From Zygnema circumcarinatum SAG 698-1b (taxonomy: Eukaryota > Plantae > Zygnematophyceae), in assembly GCA_037447605.1 (NCBI GenBank), contig CM074804.1, positions 2,418,001 through 2,482,000 on the forward strand: a DNA stretch of 64,000 bases, written 5' to 3'. Shown in pieces: positions 1 to 10,800 of the stretch. Made by a program: the position numbers and the translations under genes. The notes below the pieces were generated by a model. That model saw only the letters and a list, made by a program, of their open reading frames with translations, was not told the origin of the DNA and searched no databases. Each line of letters opens with the position of its first letter. The first letter of the stretch is position 1.

Positions 1-490
1 TCCCTCTCCCTCTCCCTCTCNNNNNNNNNNATTCAGAAATCTCCTGTCCATTGCGATGCGCCAAACTGCTGGCGACCACGTGGCGCTCAGTCGTGAATCG
101 TCACAGTTGTCAATATTTTTGTCGTGCGCTGCCCGCCGCATATCTGATCACGCGCGGTGTCGTCTTGATGTGTCGTTTTTGTTTAACGACAAAGTACCAT
201 TCGGGGTGTCAGATTTATAAAAAGGTCGCTATGTTAATTGTAACATGAATCAGTACTCCCAATCGTTTATGGCCTCTATATTATGTCTTCATCGTGATCG
301 GATTTCGAAATACAGTTTTTAGGGGAACTGTTTAGCCTGACTGTCTTTATTAGCGGAGCGTTCCCAGCACGCGCTCTTTCTGGTGCGTACGGTACCAATC
401 AGGATACGCCACGTAGAAACGACTGTTCGTATTTTCCTGACTACCGTATATCCGATCAGGTTGCAAAATTGTTAAACGAGTTTACTTAAT

Positions 491-692
491 AGGGGGAGTC
501 AGACCTTGACCATCGCCAAATCAATTTCGATATCCTGTCGGGCGAATTACTCATCGGCTAGGTACCTATTTCGGTACGGCTGTGTATGGCGGATTCGCGG
601 ATCCCGACCCGGAATTCGTACACGAAAGAAGGGACTTTTTAGTATAAGGAATTCGGGAATTTCGAAAGCGCTGGTCAGGTCTGACTCCCCCT
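491..692. mobile_element. Possible ~200 bp MITE-like element (imperfect terminal inverted repeats, no ORF)
   Basis: AGGGGGAGTCAGACCTTGACCA at 491-512 is the reverse complement, apart from one indel, of TGGTCAGGTCTGACTCCCCCT at 672-692. There is no clean target-site duplication. Confidence 0.4.
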
Positions 693-1411
693 GATTTCTC
701 AATTCTCAATCTTATTGAATAGGGTTGAATTTTGAACACTCGAGGTCGAAACTTTTCAATTTAAGAAAGCGAAAAGTTAAAAAAAAAGTTCAAAGGCTCA
801 ATGTGTCCGTGGATTCCAATTTTCGCCACGTTTGTTTCGTACAATTTGACGGATCCACTTACAGTACAGTACTGTAAACCCAGTGTCATTTTTGCCGTAT
901 CACTCTTCAGGCTTGCCGATCAACAACTTCTGTGCGGTTCTCCGGGTCCACGCGCTGTTGGCGATCCGCTAAAATCTCATTGTTGATCGGTAGACCCAAG
1001 GAAAACCCAAACTGAACACGAACGATAGTTAATTTTTCAACATTCAATAGATTCTCCATGAAAATTGTGTTGAGGAAAAAAACAGGGATTCATTTCTCAG
1101 AGTTTTTTTTGAGAAAGTGGTTTTGAAAGTTTTTTCCTTTTTTGAGAAGCCAAAATATTTAACTTGTTTGTTTCTCAACCTGTTCGGTTTTACGGTAAAC
1201 CTTTTCTGGTACTGTACGGACAGGTCCCAGCAATCCGACATCCGCACGCGTGTCCGTACAAGACTGGGGCCGTCAGTTTCCCGCGGCGTCAAGCGCCCGC
1301 TCGCCGCCCGCCGCCGCGCGCCTCGCTCGGCGTGCGCCCCTCCCGCCCCTCCCTCCCCTCCCACGGCCTCCCTCCCGTGCGCGCGCGCCTCTCCGCGCCT
1401 CCTCCCGCTCC

Positions 1412-1793
1412 GTCACTCCCTCTACCTCTGCATCTCCCTCTCCTCTCCATCTTCCTCTCCCCCTCCATCTCCCTCTCCATCTCCCTCTTCATCTCCCTCT
1501 CCCTCTCCTTCTCCCTCTTCCCTCTCCCTCTCCCTCTCCCTCTCTCCCTCTCCCTCTCCCTCTCCCTCTCCCTCTCCCTCTCCCTCTCTCCCTCTCCCTC
1601 TCCCTCTCCCTCTCTCTCCCTCTCCCTCTCCCTCTCCCTCTCTCTCTCCCTCTCCCTCTCCCTCTCCCTCTCCCTCTCCCTCTCTCTCCCTCTCCCTCTC
1701 TCCCTCTCCCTCTCCCTCTCCCTCTCCCTCTCCCTCTCCCTCTCCCTCTCCTCTCCCTCCCTCTCCCTCTCCCTCTCCCGCTCCCTCTCCCAG
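1412..1793 (+). repeat. (CTCCCT)n homopyrimidine tract, probably a 5'-UTR intron of the PPase-like gene
   Basis: Near-pure CTCCCT hexamer array ending in a CAG acceptor at 1791-1793. No ATG was seen in the upstream GC-rich segment. Confidence 0.75.
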
Positions 1794-1850
1794 TGGACCA
1801 ACCGGAAATATCCAACTAGCTCTGACGCACGGGCAGGTGCGTCTCCTCCA

Positions 1851-3696
1851 ATGGAGGCCTGCCAGCGCATCCCCATCCACACGGCCCCGGAGGCGGCAGG
1901 TGGCAGCGCAAGAGGGCCCTGCTCTGGCTCCGGCGTTGTGTCCATTCCTCTCGGCACGCCCGGATCCCTCAACTTCCGTCTCCTGTTTTTGGACGAGCGC
2001 ACACAACGCCACGTGTCGCCCTGGCACGACATCCAGCTGTACCGCCCGGAGGGTCATCTCTCCTTCGTCTGCAAGGCGCCAGCTGGCAGCTGGATATGCC
2101 ACGAGGTCAGTCAGGACGAGCCCTCCAATCCCATACGTCCTGTGAGGAGGGACGAGGTGAAGGACGATGACGTGGCAGTGATGAGCCGCTTCAGTTTACG
2201 GCGACGGGGGAAGCACCATAGAGACAGTTTCGATGACATGGATGAGCCTAGTGCGAAGGAGAGAGCGGCCCCTTGTCTTCCGTTGTCGGACAGTTTCAGC
2301 CAAGAGGAACGGGACGACCGAATTATGGAACAGTGTTTACCGGCGCACTACCCGGACAACGTGCCATGGAACGTGGGGTTTCTTCCACAAACTTGTAATG
2401 GCACGGCGTGCATGGAACGGGGGGGGCGGGGGGGGGCTACGGTGGAGGTGGTGGAGGTCGGCGCGGAGCGGTTGCGGCGGGTGGGGGAGGTGTACTCGGT
2501 GAAGCCGCTTGGCGCGCTCCTGTCGGAGGAGGAGGGCGGCGCCGCCAGCTGGCTGGTTGTCGCTATCGCGGCGGACGACCCGGTGGTGAAGCTCATGGGG
2601 GACGCGCATGAGGTGGAGGAGTACCTCCCGCGGATATGGGAGATGATTCGGGAGTGGGTTTGCAGCGACAGGAGAGCAGCAGGTCAGTACTTGAGCTTGG
2701 AAAGGGCATTTTTAAAACCCTAAACCATCACATTTGAAAAAGACGCTGACCACCATTCATATTTTTCATTCCATCACATTGCATCGCCATTCACTCGTGA
2801 CGTCACGTTTTGTCACCTATTATTTCGTCGCATCCCCTCATGCGACAGAACGTCTTCTTGCTTTTTCTTTTCACACTTCCTGTTTTTCTTTGGTTCTTAA
2901 TGAATCCTTTATGTGGGGCGCCTCTCTTTCAGGGATTTGGAAGCGGGGAGTTCGCGTAAGTCGAAGGCCTGTTGACCTTGTACGGACACAAAGACACATC
3001 GGACAATGCCACGTGGCCTGGCAGCACTCGTCCGCCCGAAGAGCAGCCCTTTCCGACGCCCACCTGTCAAGACCGGCTGGACTCCCCTTGACCATCCTTG
3101 ACCTGCAGATGCTATGGAGGCAGTGCGTAGAGGACACGCCCTCCGAATTCAATGCAGACATACCGCTCGCGTGCCCCCCTTCGCAGTCTTCCGTCCTTTG
3201 GGATAAACGGTGGTTCAAACAGGGGAGGGAAAGGTGTACTGCGCTTTCTCTTGACGCTGGCGTGAACGATGACTCACGATCTCCACCGAAGCTTTCGAGG
3301 GTGACGCACGGAGTGACTGGGCGGTTGAAGCTTTTCTTCTCACAGTCATCTGAGGTTGTCTGGGATGATAGAGTTCTTGCGGATCTGCTTACTCCGCCTC
3401 CGGTAAATGTAGACACACAATGGGTCGGGCCACAATCGTGCCCGGAAAGGAGCTCGGAAGAGATAGGGGGGCCGCGGATTCCTAAAAGGTCTTCTAGAAG
3501 GTCGTTAGAGATGGTATCGATGCGCTCTACAGAGCCTGTGACGAGTCTGTGGCATACGGTTGGTCCTTCAGTAATGGAATCGGCTGGTGAGAGAGTGAAT
3601 GAGAGAACCCCTATCCACAAGCTCTCGGATTCTTCGAGCTTGAGTGAGAGAAGACGCAGGCTATCCAGACTAAGTCTGGAGGGAATTGTGCTTTGA
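1851..3696 (+). CDS. Soluble inorganic pyrophosphatase-like protein (PPa6/family I fold), catalytically degenerate, ~531 aa, 2 coding exons (1851-2682, 2933-3696)
   Basis: Motifs [59 protein letters not shown] and IREW follow PPa6/Ipp1 order. Donor G|GTCAGT at 2683 and acceptor TTTCAG at 2932 join in frame to CHVAW, the equivalent of THESW. Total 1596 nt. Confidence 0.8.
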
Positions 3697-4631
3697 ACGA
3701 CCTTGAATCCGAAGCCCTTCGATTCCGTTGAGCCGAGCTGAGAACGATGAGCTCCTACCGGGTTGAAGTGGGTTGTATGAGGAGAATAAGGAGCAATGAT
3801 CGGCAACTGTGATATCAAATAAGAGAGGTTCTTGACCATGTGGGGTCTCGAATGGAACGCCACAACACCATGCGAATAAGTGACTCGATTGGACGCGAGT
3901 TGTTCAAGAGGTCTATTAAACTATTCTTTGCATTACCCCATTCTTTATATCTTCGTGTGGTTGGCCAAAGGGCCAACAACCAGCTGTACGAATTATGCGT
4001 GTGCAAAATAAGAAGGGCGATTTTTACGGTTGTAAACATGTGCAGGATTTGATCCGCGTTTGTTCCTTCGATTATGGATGTAGCATGAGGTGGGCATTCT
4101 CAATGGTTCAATGTACGCGATGCGTTGTGTGCCATCTTGCGGCATGGCAAGGCCTAGGGACTTTGCTGGATTGAATAATTGTAGCTAAATATTTTGCATG
4201 AAGAACAGATGTGTTGCATATTGGTTGTTGCCCCTCATTGTGAACATGCTCGAGCATTCACCGTACTCATGAGTTGTTGATCGTAAAGACATACCCATGA
4301 AAAGCTGAGACTTGGATCCTTGAATATCGATTGTGACTTCTTGAATACCCATGTCTTGTATATTCCAAACACCATGATCATTTTCGGAAAAAAAAAATTG
4401 AACCACCAGAAAGTTCGAACAGTTGTTTCTTGTGGAAATTGTGCTTGCCCTCCCACGATCTGCCACTTCCACATTACCAGTCCGTCATGCTTCCATAGTT
4501 GGAAGTCAACCGCCAACCGCCAGTACGGTACGCCGATATATCGACATATAATATCCCGACATATCGATATCAGAATACCAGTGTGGGTACAGCGTCGCTT
4601 GCCCGCAGATCACGTCCAGGTCCACCGCCGG

Positions 4632-4717
4632 AGTTGGTTGACCCTCGCCGATGTTCTCGAGGTGGATCCAGCGAAGTTGGTTGACCATCGCCGATTTTCT
4701 CGAGGTGGATCCAGCGC
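4632..4717. repeat. 43-bp tandem duplication upstream of the NudC gene
   Basis: AGTTGGTTGACCCTCGCCGATGTTCTCGAGGTGGATCCAGCGA occurs twice (4632-4674, 4675-4717) with 3 mismatches. Confidence 0.9.
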
Positions 4718-4935
4718 CTTCAGAAGTTAGGGTTGCGCCTGCTTCTAAGAGGAAAAAGCGGTCGATTCCGACATTTCTCCTCCACAGTGAATTTCTTTTT
4801 TCCCCTTGTTCTGGAAAGGAGCGGGCCGAGGATGTAATATGTTCTCTGCATTTCGGCGCATTGCATCAAATGCTATAGCATTCAGAACAGGAACATAAAT
4901 AAAGGAAATTAAATTGGAGTGAGCGGCATTTGGCG

Positions 4936-6272
4936 ATGACAGAGCGGCTGGCCCCCACAGAGCGCTTCCGCGTGGTCCATAATGGTAATATGAATTCTAA
5001 TTTTCACTTTTAAAGTGAGGTTGTTGGAGAAACCCCTCGCGCTCTCATCCTCTCTCCCACTCCCTCTCTCTCTCTCTCTCTCTCACTCACTCACTAACAG
5101 TTTTTTTCATGGAATTGAAATTATCATTAGTTTTGTTTTCTGCTGTCGCGTCCTGCAGTTATTTGTTAAATAGTGTAAGAGAACAGAACTGCATTATATA
5201 CTAAAATGGAACACCTCTCCCTCCCCCCCTCTCTCTCTTTCTCTGTCTGTTTGTCTCTCTTCCTTCTCCCTCCTCCCGTTTTTCTCTTAATGCATATAAT
5301 TATCCTATTTCACTCGCATTTTTGGCCAACTACAAGCGTTTTTATTCACATTCTGTTTTTCAGCTAAAACTCAATTTATTTATATTTTGGGCGCAGACCA
5401 AACTGTGTACGAATGGGACCAAACCATTGAAGAAGTGAATTTGTACGTTCCGCTTCCGTCAGACCTTCCGTCGCGCGCTCTCTCCGTCACAATTAAACCC
5501 AAAAATTTAACTTTGGGTGTAAAAGGAAATCCTCCGTATCTTGATGTGGGTTTTTCCCTAAACCTCACTCTCCTGACCCCATGTTTCCTTTAGGGTCAAT
5601 CTATCATTTACACTTCATTTACCTGTTTGAGAATGGTAGAGCTATTGGAGGACAATGGATGCGATGCTGATGCAGCACATGCAGGATCACCTTCGGACGA
5701 AGTGATGCATGCGATGTTGCGGTGCCGCAGGGAGTACTGGGCGGCACAGTGAAGGTGGAGTCCTCATTTTGGACTGTGGGTGAGTGATTTATTTGTATCA
5801 GTTCCCTGGCAAGACCCTAACAGACCAATATTAGAACCACTCCACGTTTCTCTTCCCCCCCCCCCCCCCACTCCTCTCTCTCTCTCTCTCTTTCGTTCTT
5901 CCGTGCACTCCCCATTTCACCTCCTCTCTGCATGAACAGTCGCCTCATCTCTGCACCAGCAGAAGAGCTGTTTTAGACTCGAGAATTGCGACCCTCAAAC
6001 AATCACATGGAACACCCAGAGCGATGCATTGAGTGACGACTTATGCTCCTTGGCCAATCCAATCGCGCCAAGTGTCCTTGTCTATCCCCTCCCTGCTAAG
6101 ACGCACGTGCCACGTGGCAGAGGACCACGTACTTCACATAATGCTTCAAAAGCTCGACAAGGCGGTTCCATGGAGGGCGGCTCTGTCGGGGCACGAGATA
6201 CATGAATACCATGCTGACCAAGAGGCACGGAGACTCATGTTGGAGAGGTTCCAGGCTGAGGTGAGAGGCATT

Positions 6273-6343
<71 letters not shown>

Positions 6344-6553
6344 CTTCGCCCCTCTCGTTCTTGCGGTCTCTCCCTCCACGTTAGGGCCCCATGTCACGTG
6401 TTTGCAACGCCTATAGATCCATCACTTGCTCCTTTACTCAAAGTTCCTCGTCCACTTGTTTTTCAGCACGCGGGATTCGACTTTTCAGGCGCGGAACTAT
6501 CGGGGACGTGCCCCGACCCTTCGACCTTTATGGGCGGCCCGAGGTCGAGCTGA
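4936..6553 (+). CDS. Small NudC/CS (HSP20-like/p23) domain co-chaperone, NudCD2/NMig1-type; 5 exons (4936-4984, 5397-5545, 5731-5779, 6121-6260, 6467-6553)
   Basis: Spliced product [92 protein letters not shown] matches this family. All junctions are GT-AG and in phase. Confidence 0.92.
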
Positions 6554-6736
6554 CCATGCGGACTGATCAAAAGTGTTCCATGGAAACGTACATAAAGTGT
6601 GGCCTTAAGTTCTTAGGTCCATTAGGAGCTCCCATTGCCGTCTCTGAGAACTCACGTAGCATTGAACATTGTTAGCCCCTCCAAGCCTGCCTTCAAACCG
6701 ATGTCAGCGCTATAGATCCGTATGTATCAAACGCGT

Positions 6737-7049
6737 GTATTAATACACTGTATAATACATGCGTATTATACAACATTTTAAAAATACAGTGTATTTTTAA
6801 TGTATTTAACGTATTTTTTTTTATTTTCGTGGTTAGTTGAACAAAATTTGATTATAATATTGAAATTCCAGAACTTGCCAAGTCACGTCACTTGCCAAAC
6901 ACTCAACACGTGTGACTTGGTCCGTACACGTTCGTACACTCATTCCGTACATAATTTCCGTACGGGTCTATGTTCCGATTGTACGGCTGTTAACAGTTGC
7001 GTTAAGGTATTATACAGTGTATAATACAGTATTAATACTGTATTATACA
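6737..7049. repeat. AT-rich inverted repeats and a perfect 32-bp palindrome flanking a GTAC cluster
   Basis: GTATTAATACACTGTATAATAC (6737-6758) pairs with GTATTATACAGTGTATAATAC (7007-7027) with one indel. TGTATAATACAGTATTAATACTGTATTATACA (7018-7049) is self-complementary. Confidence 0.7.
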
Positions 7050-7889
7050 TTGTATCGAACCTCAAAGGTAACGCAAACTTTCAATGAACCTCAAAGTGTA
7101 TAATACGGATCTATAGTCAGCGCACAACAACAATGCGTACATGTGAAGGGGAGGACCCATGCATGTGCCATAGCCATCGCTGTACAGTTCAAAGTATGGT
7201 GCGTTCTATGTTGCTTTCTGTTTCCATGTTCGTGGCCATGGAATGTTGTTAAATAACTGCGCATTTGCACATCGATCTGGCAGTCTGCTGTTAAACTGAG
7301 GACTGGTTCTGTGTTGCCTTGTTCGGGGAAGCCAAACAAGACAGTCCGTTCGACAAAACTAGAACCTGTTTTGCGCACACGCGGCCACCCGCCCCCCGTC
7401 CGTACAGGCCGCATTTTCATTTTTCTCGAAATCGGACTGTCCAGGCTGCCGCCCTCGTGTCGAATCTGACGGTGGACAGGAATCCCACTGTCTGCACGAA
7501 AAAGGCATAAGATACCCGTACTTTTTTGGTTTCCATCCAGTTTACTGGATACCTCGATACATCGTATCGTATTGCACAAGAATCACTCAATTTGACGATA
7601 CGACACGGTATCCAATACGAATCGAGTACGGTTGATTTGCAGTCCGTACAATCTATCTTAAAACAATTTACAATTTTGTGCCCTAACCCGGCAATTGTCA
7701 GTTTTTCCTTTTTCTCCCTGGCGGGCGAGGGAGGGAGGGAGAAGGCGGAGGGATGCCCCGGGGCATGTCCATGGCGGAGGAGGCCCAGAATCGTCGCTGG
7801 CCGAATTAGGGTTTGCACGCTCTGCGGCGCTTGCTCACAACAGTCAATTTTTTTTTTTACTGTTTGTTGCCATATTTTAGGGCGGGGAG

Positions 7890-10800
7890 ATGGGGTTCCT
7901 CTCCAACATCGTGGTGGGGTTCTTCACGGGCGTGTGCGCCATCGCCGGCCTCAACTACTTCCAGCGCCAGCGCTCCAAGGCGCGCATGCAGAGGGTGCTT
8001 CTCACTTCTTCCTCCCCTTTTTTTTTCTTAAAAATTTTACCATTTTATTCGATTTTCGGTAATGCAGACGTGAGGATTACCTTCCCTCCCCCCATTTCCC
8101 CTCCTCCTCCTCTCTCTCTCTCTCCTTTTCTCTCTCTCCTCTCCCTCTCAGAACTCAACTGCGGTATCCATCTCGATGGAGCATTGAACGTTTCTTATTC
8201 CCGTGATTATCGCTGTTTTAGCGTTTTTTTAATTTTCGTCGCAGATTTGGAAGTAGCTGATTTGAAGATTGTAGAATTCGCTTGGACAGGCGGTGGAGAT
8301 CGCGGCGCTGGCGCGGGCGAACGCGGAGGACCTGCGGAAGCTCATTCCCAAGGAGCTCTTCCCCGCCTGGGTGCAGTTCCCCGAGTTTGAACGGGTAGGG
8401 GAGAAGGAGAGGGGAGAGAAAGAGAGAAAGGGAAGAGAGGAGGGAGAATGGGTAAGAGGGAGAGGGAGGGAGGGAGATGGAGGTAGAGGAGAGGAGAGAG
8501 GGGAGGGGGAGGGGGAAGGGGAGGGGGAGGGGGAGGGGGAGGGGGAGGGGGAGGGGGAGGGGGAGGGGGAGGGGGAGGGGGAGGGGAGGGGGAGGGGGAG
8601 GGGGAGGGGGAGGGGGAGGGGGAGGGGGGGAGGGGGAGGGGGAGGGGGAGGGGGAGGGGGAGGGGGAGGGGGAGGGGGAGGGGGAGGGGGAGGGGGAGGG
8701 GAGGGGGAGGGGGAGGGGAGGGGGAGGGGGAGGGGGAGGGGAGGGGGTGCAAAATAGGAAATTGTGATGGAGCGCTGGACGAGATGACCGAAGGAAGAAG
8801 AGAGTGTTTGAGGAGGTGGCCGAGGAAGTGGTGGACAGATGAAAGGCTCGGTGGAATAGAGAGAGAGCAAAGCAGGTCCAACTATTAATTAGGTCAAAAT
8901 GTGGTCGTCTGCAGGTTAACTGGCTAAACAAGGAACTGAAGGAAATTTGGCCCTATCTCAATAAGGTGAGATATAGCTTTTTAGCCGGTCAGCTTAAGCA
9001 CGTACACTTGCATTGCGGCGTCGGCGAGTGCATTCCCCTCAAACTTGATTCAAGTTATTTACTTTTATGTAAAATCATCTGAATTTTTAAAGCAATGCCT
9101 GGGACTTCTGGTACTGCTTCTTTTGAATTAGTCAGGATTTGACTACCTTTACCTATGCCGAAAATCTTATTTGCGAATTCTGAATTCTCCTGATTTTTGT
9201 GATTGTGAAGCTCAGGCTGCGTCTACAGTAATTAAAGAATCAGTGGAGCCGATTCTAGAGAGCTACCGACCTGCCGTTTTCGCCTCTCTAAAATTCCAGA
9301 AACTGACTCTTGGCACCATTTCTCCCCAGTTTGGAGGTGTGCGCATTTCTATCGCCCTTTTTTCTCGTCCCCTCTTACTTCTTCTTTCTCTTTCTGCCTC
9401 TCTCCCTCCCCTCCCACCTCTCAAAACAACTCCGAGCTAAAGCAATTCTGTACGTACTATTCAAATATCAATTCTTCGGAACTCAGGCAGTGGGAACATT
9501 AAGTGTGTGAATTGTAATTCTGTAATATTTTGCGAATGTAAACGTGAGGGCAGGCAGGTGTGAGGATGGTGCCCAGTTCGTCAAATGAGGTCGTAATGGA
9601 AGTTGACTTCAAGTGGGGAGGAAACCCTTCGATCATTCTCGCTGTTCAGACCTACCTCGGGGTTCCTCTTCCGGTTCAGGTGTGAACGGGGCCATCCCTC
9701 CCCCTTTACACTTTACCAAATGTGGGTTTTAGGATTTGTTGGACCTTAAGAACCGTAAAAAGCTCGCATTGGGCTGTTGTGCGTAGAACGAACGATTGAA
9801 TTTTGCGCGTTTTTTTCCTTTTTCCTGTGTTTGTGATTTTCCCAGGTGAAAGATGTATCGTTTTTTGGAGTTTTCAGAATTGCGTTCACCCCTCTCGTGG
9901 ATAAGTTGCCATGTTTTGGAGCCATCACTGTGGCTCTAAGTCAAAAGGTGCGAAAGGAAAACTTTCGGTGTGAAACTGCTTGGAGAGGTGTAGGCTTGAC
10001 CTCTCTTCTCTCTGCTCCGCTTTCTCTCTCTCCCGCACTTCTCTCCCTCCCCTTTCTTCCTTACAGGCTCTGCCTTTTCATGGTTTGTGCAGCCAAGTCT
10101 GGATTTCACTCTTAACATCGTTGGTGGCGAACTTCCGGGACTCTCTCCTACTATTGATGTAAGATTGAGAGATGGGAGAGAGAGATGTGTGTGAGAGGCA
10201 GAAAGAGAAAGAGAACGTGTCTGAAACATTGGTGTCATTTGTCTTCTCTTTAAGACAAGCTTCTGCTGTTAATCAAAACACATTTCTTTTTCGACAACTA
10301 GTAACATAGAACATGTGAGGGCTTGCATCAGGGTCTCATTCGAACTGCCGTAACCGACTCCCTTTTGTGGCCAATGCGCCACGTCATCCCCGTTGTGCCC
10401 GGAGACTACAAGTAAGTGGTTTTAACACCTGCAACTCCAGTAGCCCGCCAAACCCCCGAAAAATAAAAAATGTATAAAAATAAAGGAAAAACATATAAAA
10501 ATTTGGGCAGTTACAGCTCCACAATCGTTTTCATGCGCATGCGAATGTATCTGCAAGCAATGTTCTGTTGGCATCAGGACTGTTAAGAATTTAAGTGCAA
10601 CTGAAAAAGAGGAGTCAACTTATGCAGATATTTGGAGTTGCATCCTGTTGGCCAACTGGATGTTAAACTTGTGGAAGCGCGAGACCTTATGAATTTGGAA
10701 ATTATCGGGAAATCGGACCCTTTTGCAATTATTTACGTTCGTCCGATTCCGAGTCGGATGACGAAAACACGTGTCAAGGTGAGCAGCTTAACTTGAAGCC

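Noticed and set aside
1044-2145. Pro/Ser- or Gly/Glu/Arg-rich ORFs here and at 8218-8931, 11412-12044, 46361-47295, 49034-49841 and 57447-58672 (extensin-like look)
   Set aside because: They derive from CTCCCT/GAGGGG intronic repeats bounded by splice sites.
2871-3863. 330-aa antisense ORF overlapping PPase-like exon 2
   Set aside because: The plus frame splices in phase and completes the PPase fold (CHVAW). The antisense product has no recognisable motif and is probably a shadow ORF.
4185-4516. Two ~95-aa minus-strand ORFs between the PPase-like and NudC genes
   Set aside because: No recognisable domain or supporting exon structure.
4632-4717. 43-bp direct repeats as a possible CRISPR array
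   Set aside because: Only two adjacent copies, no spacer, no cas genes, and a eukaryotic context.
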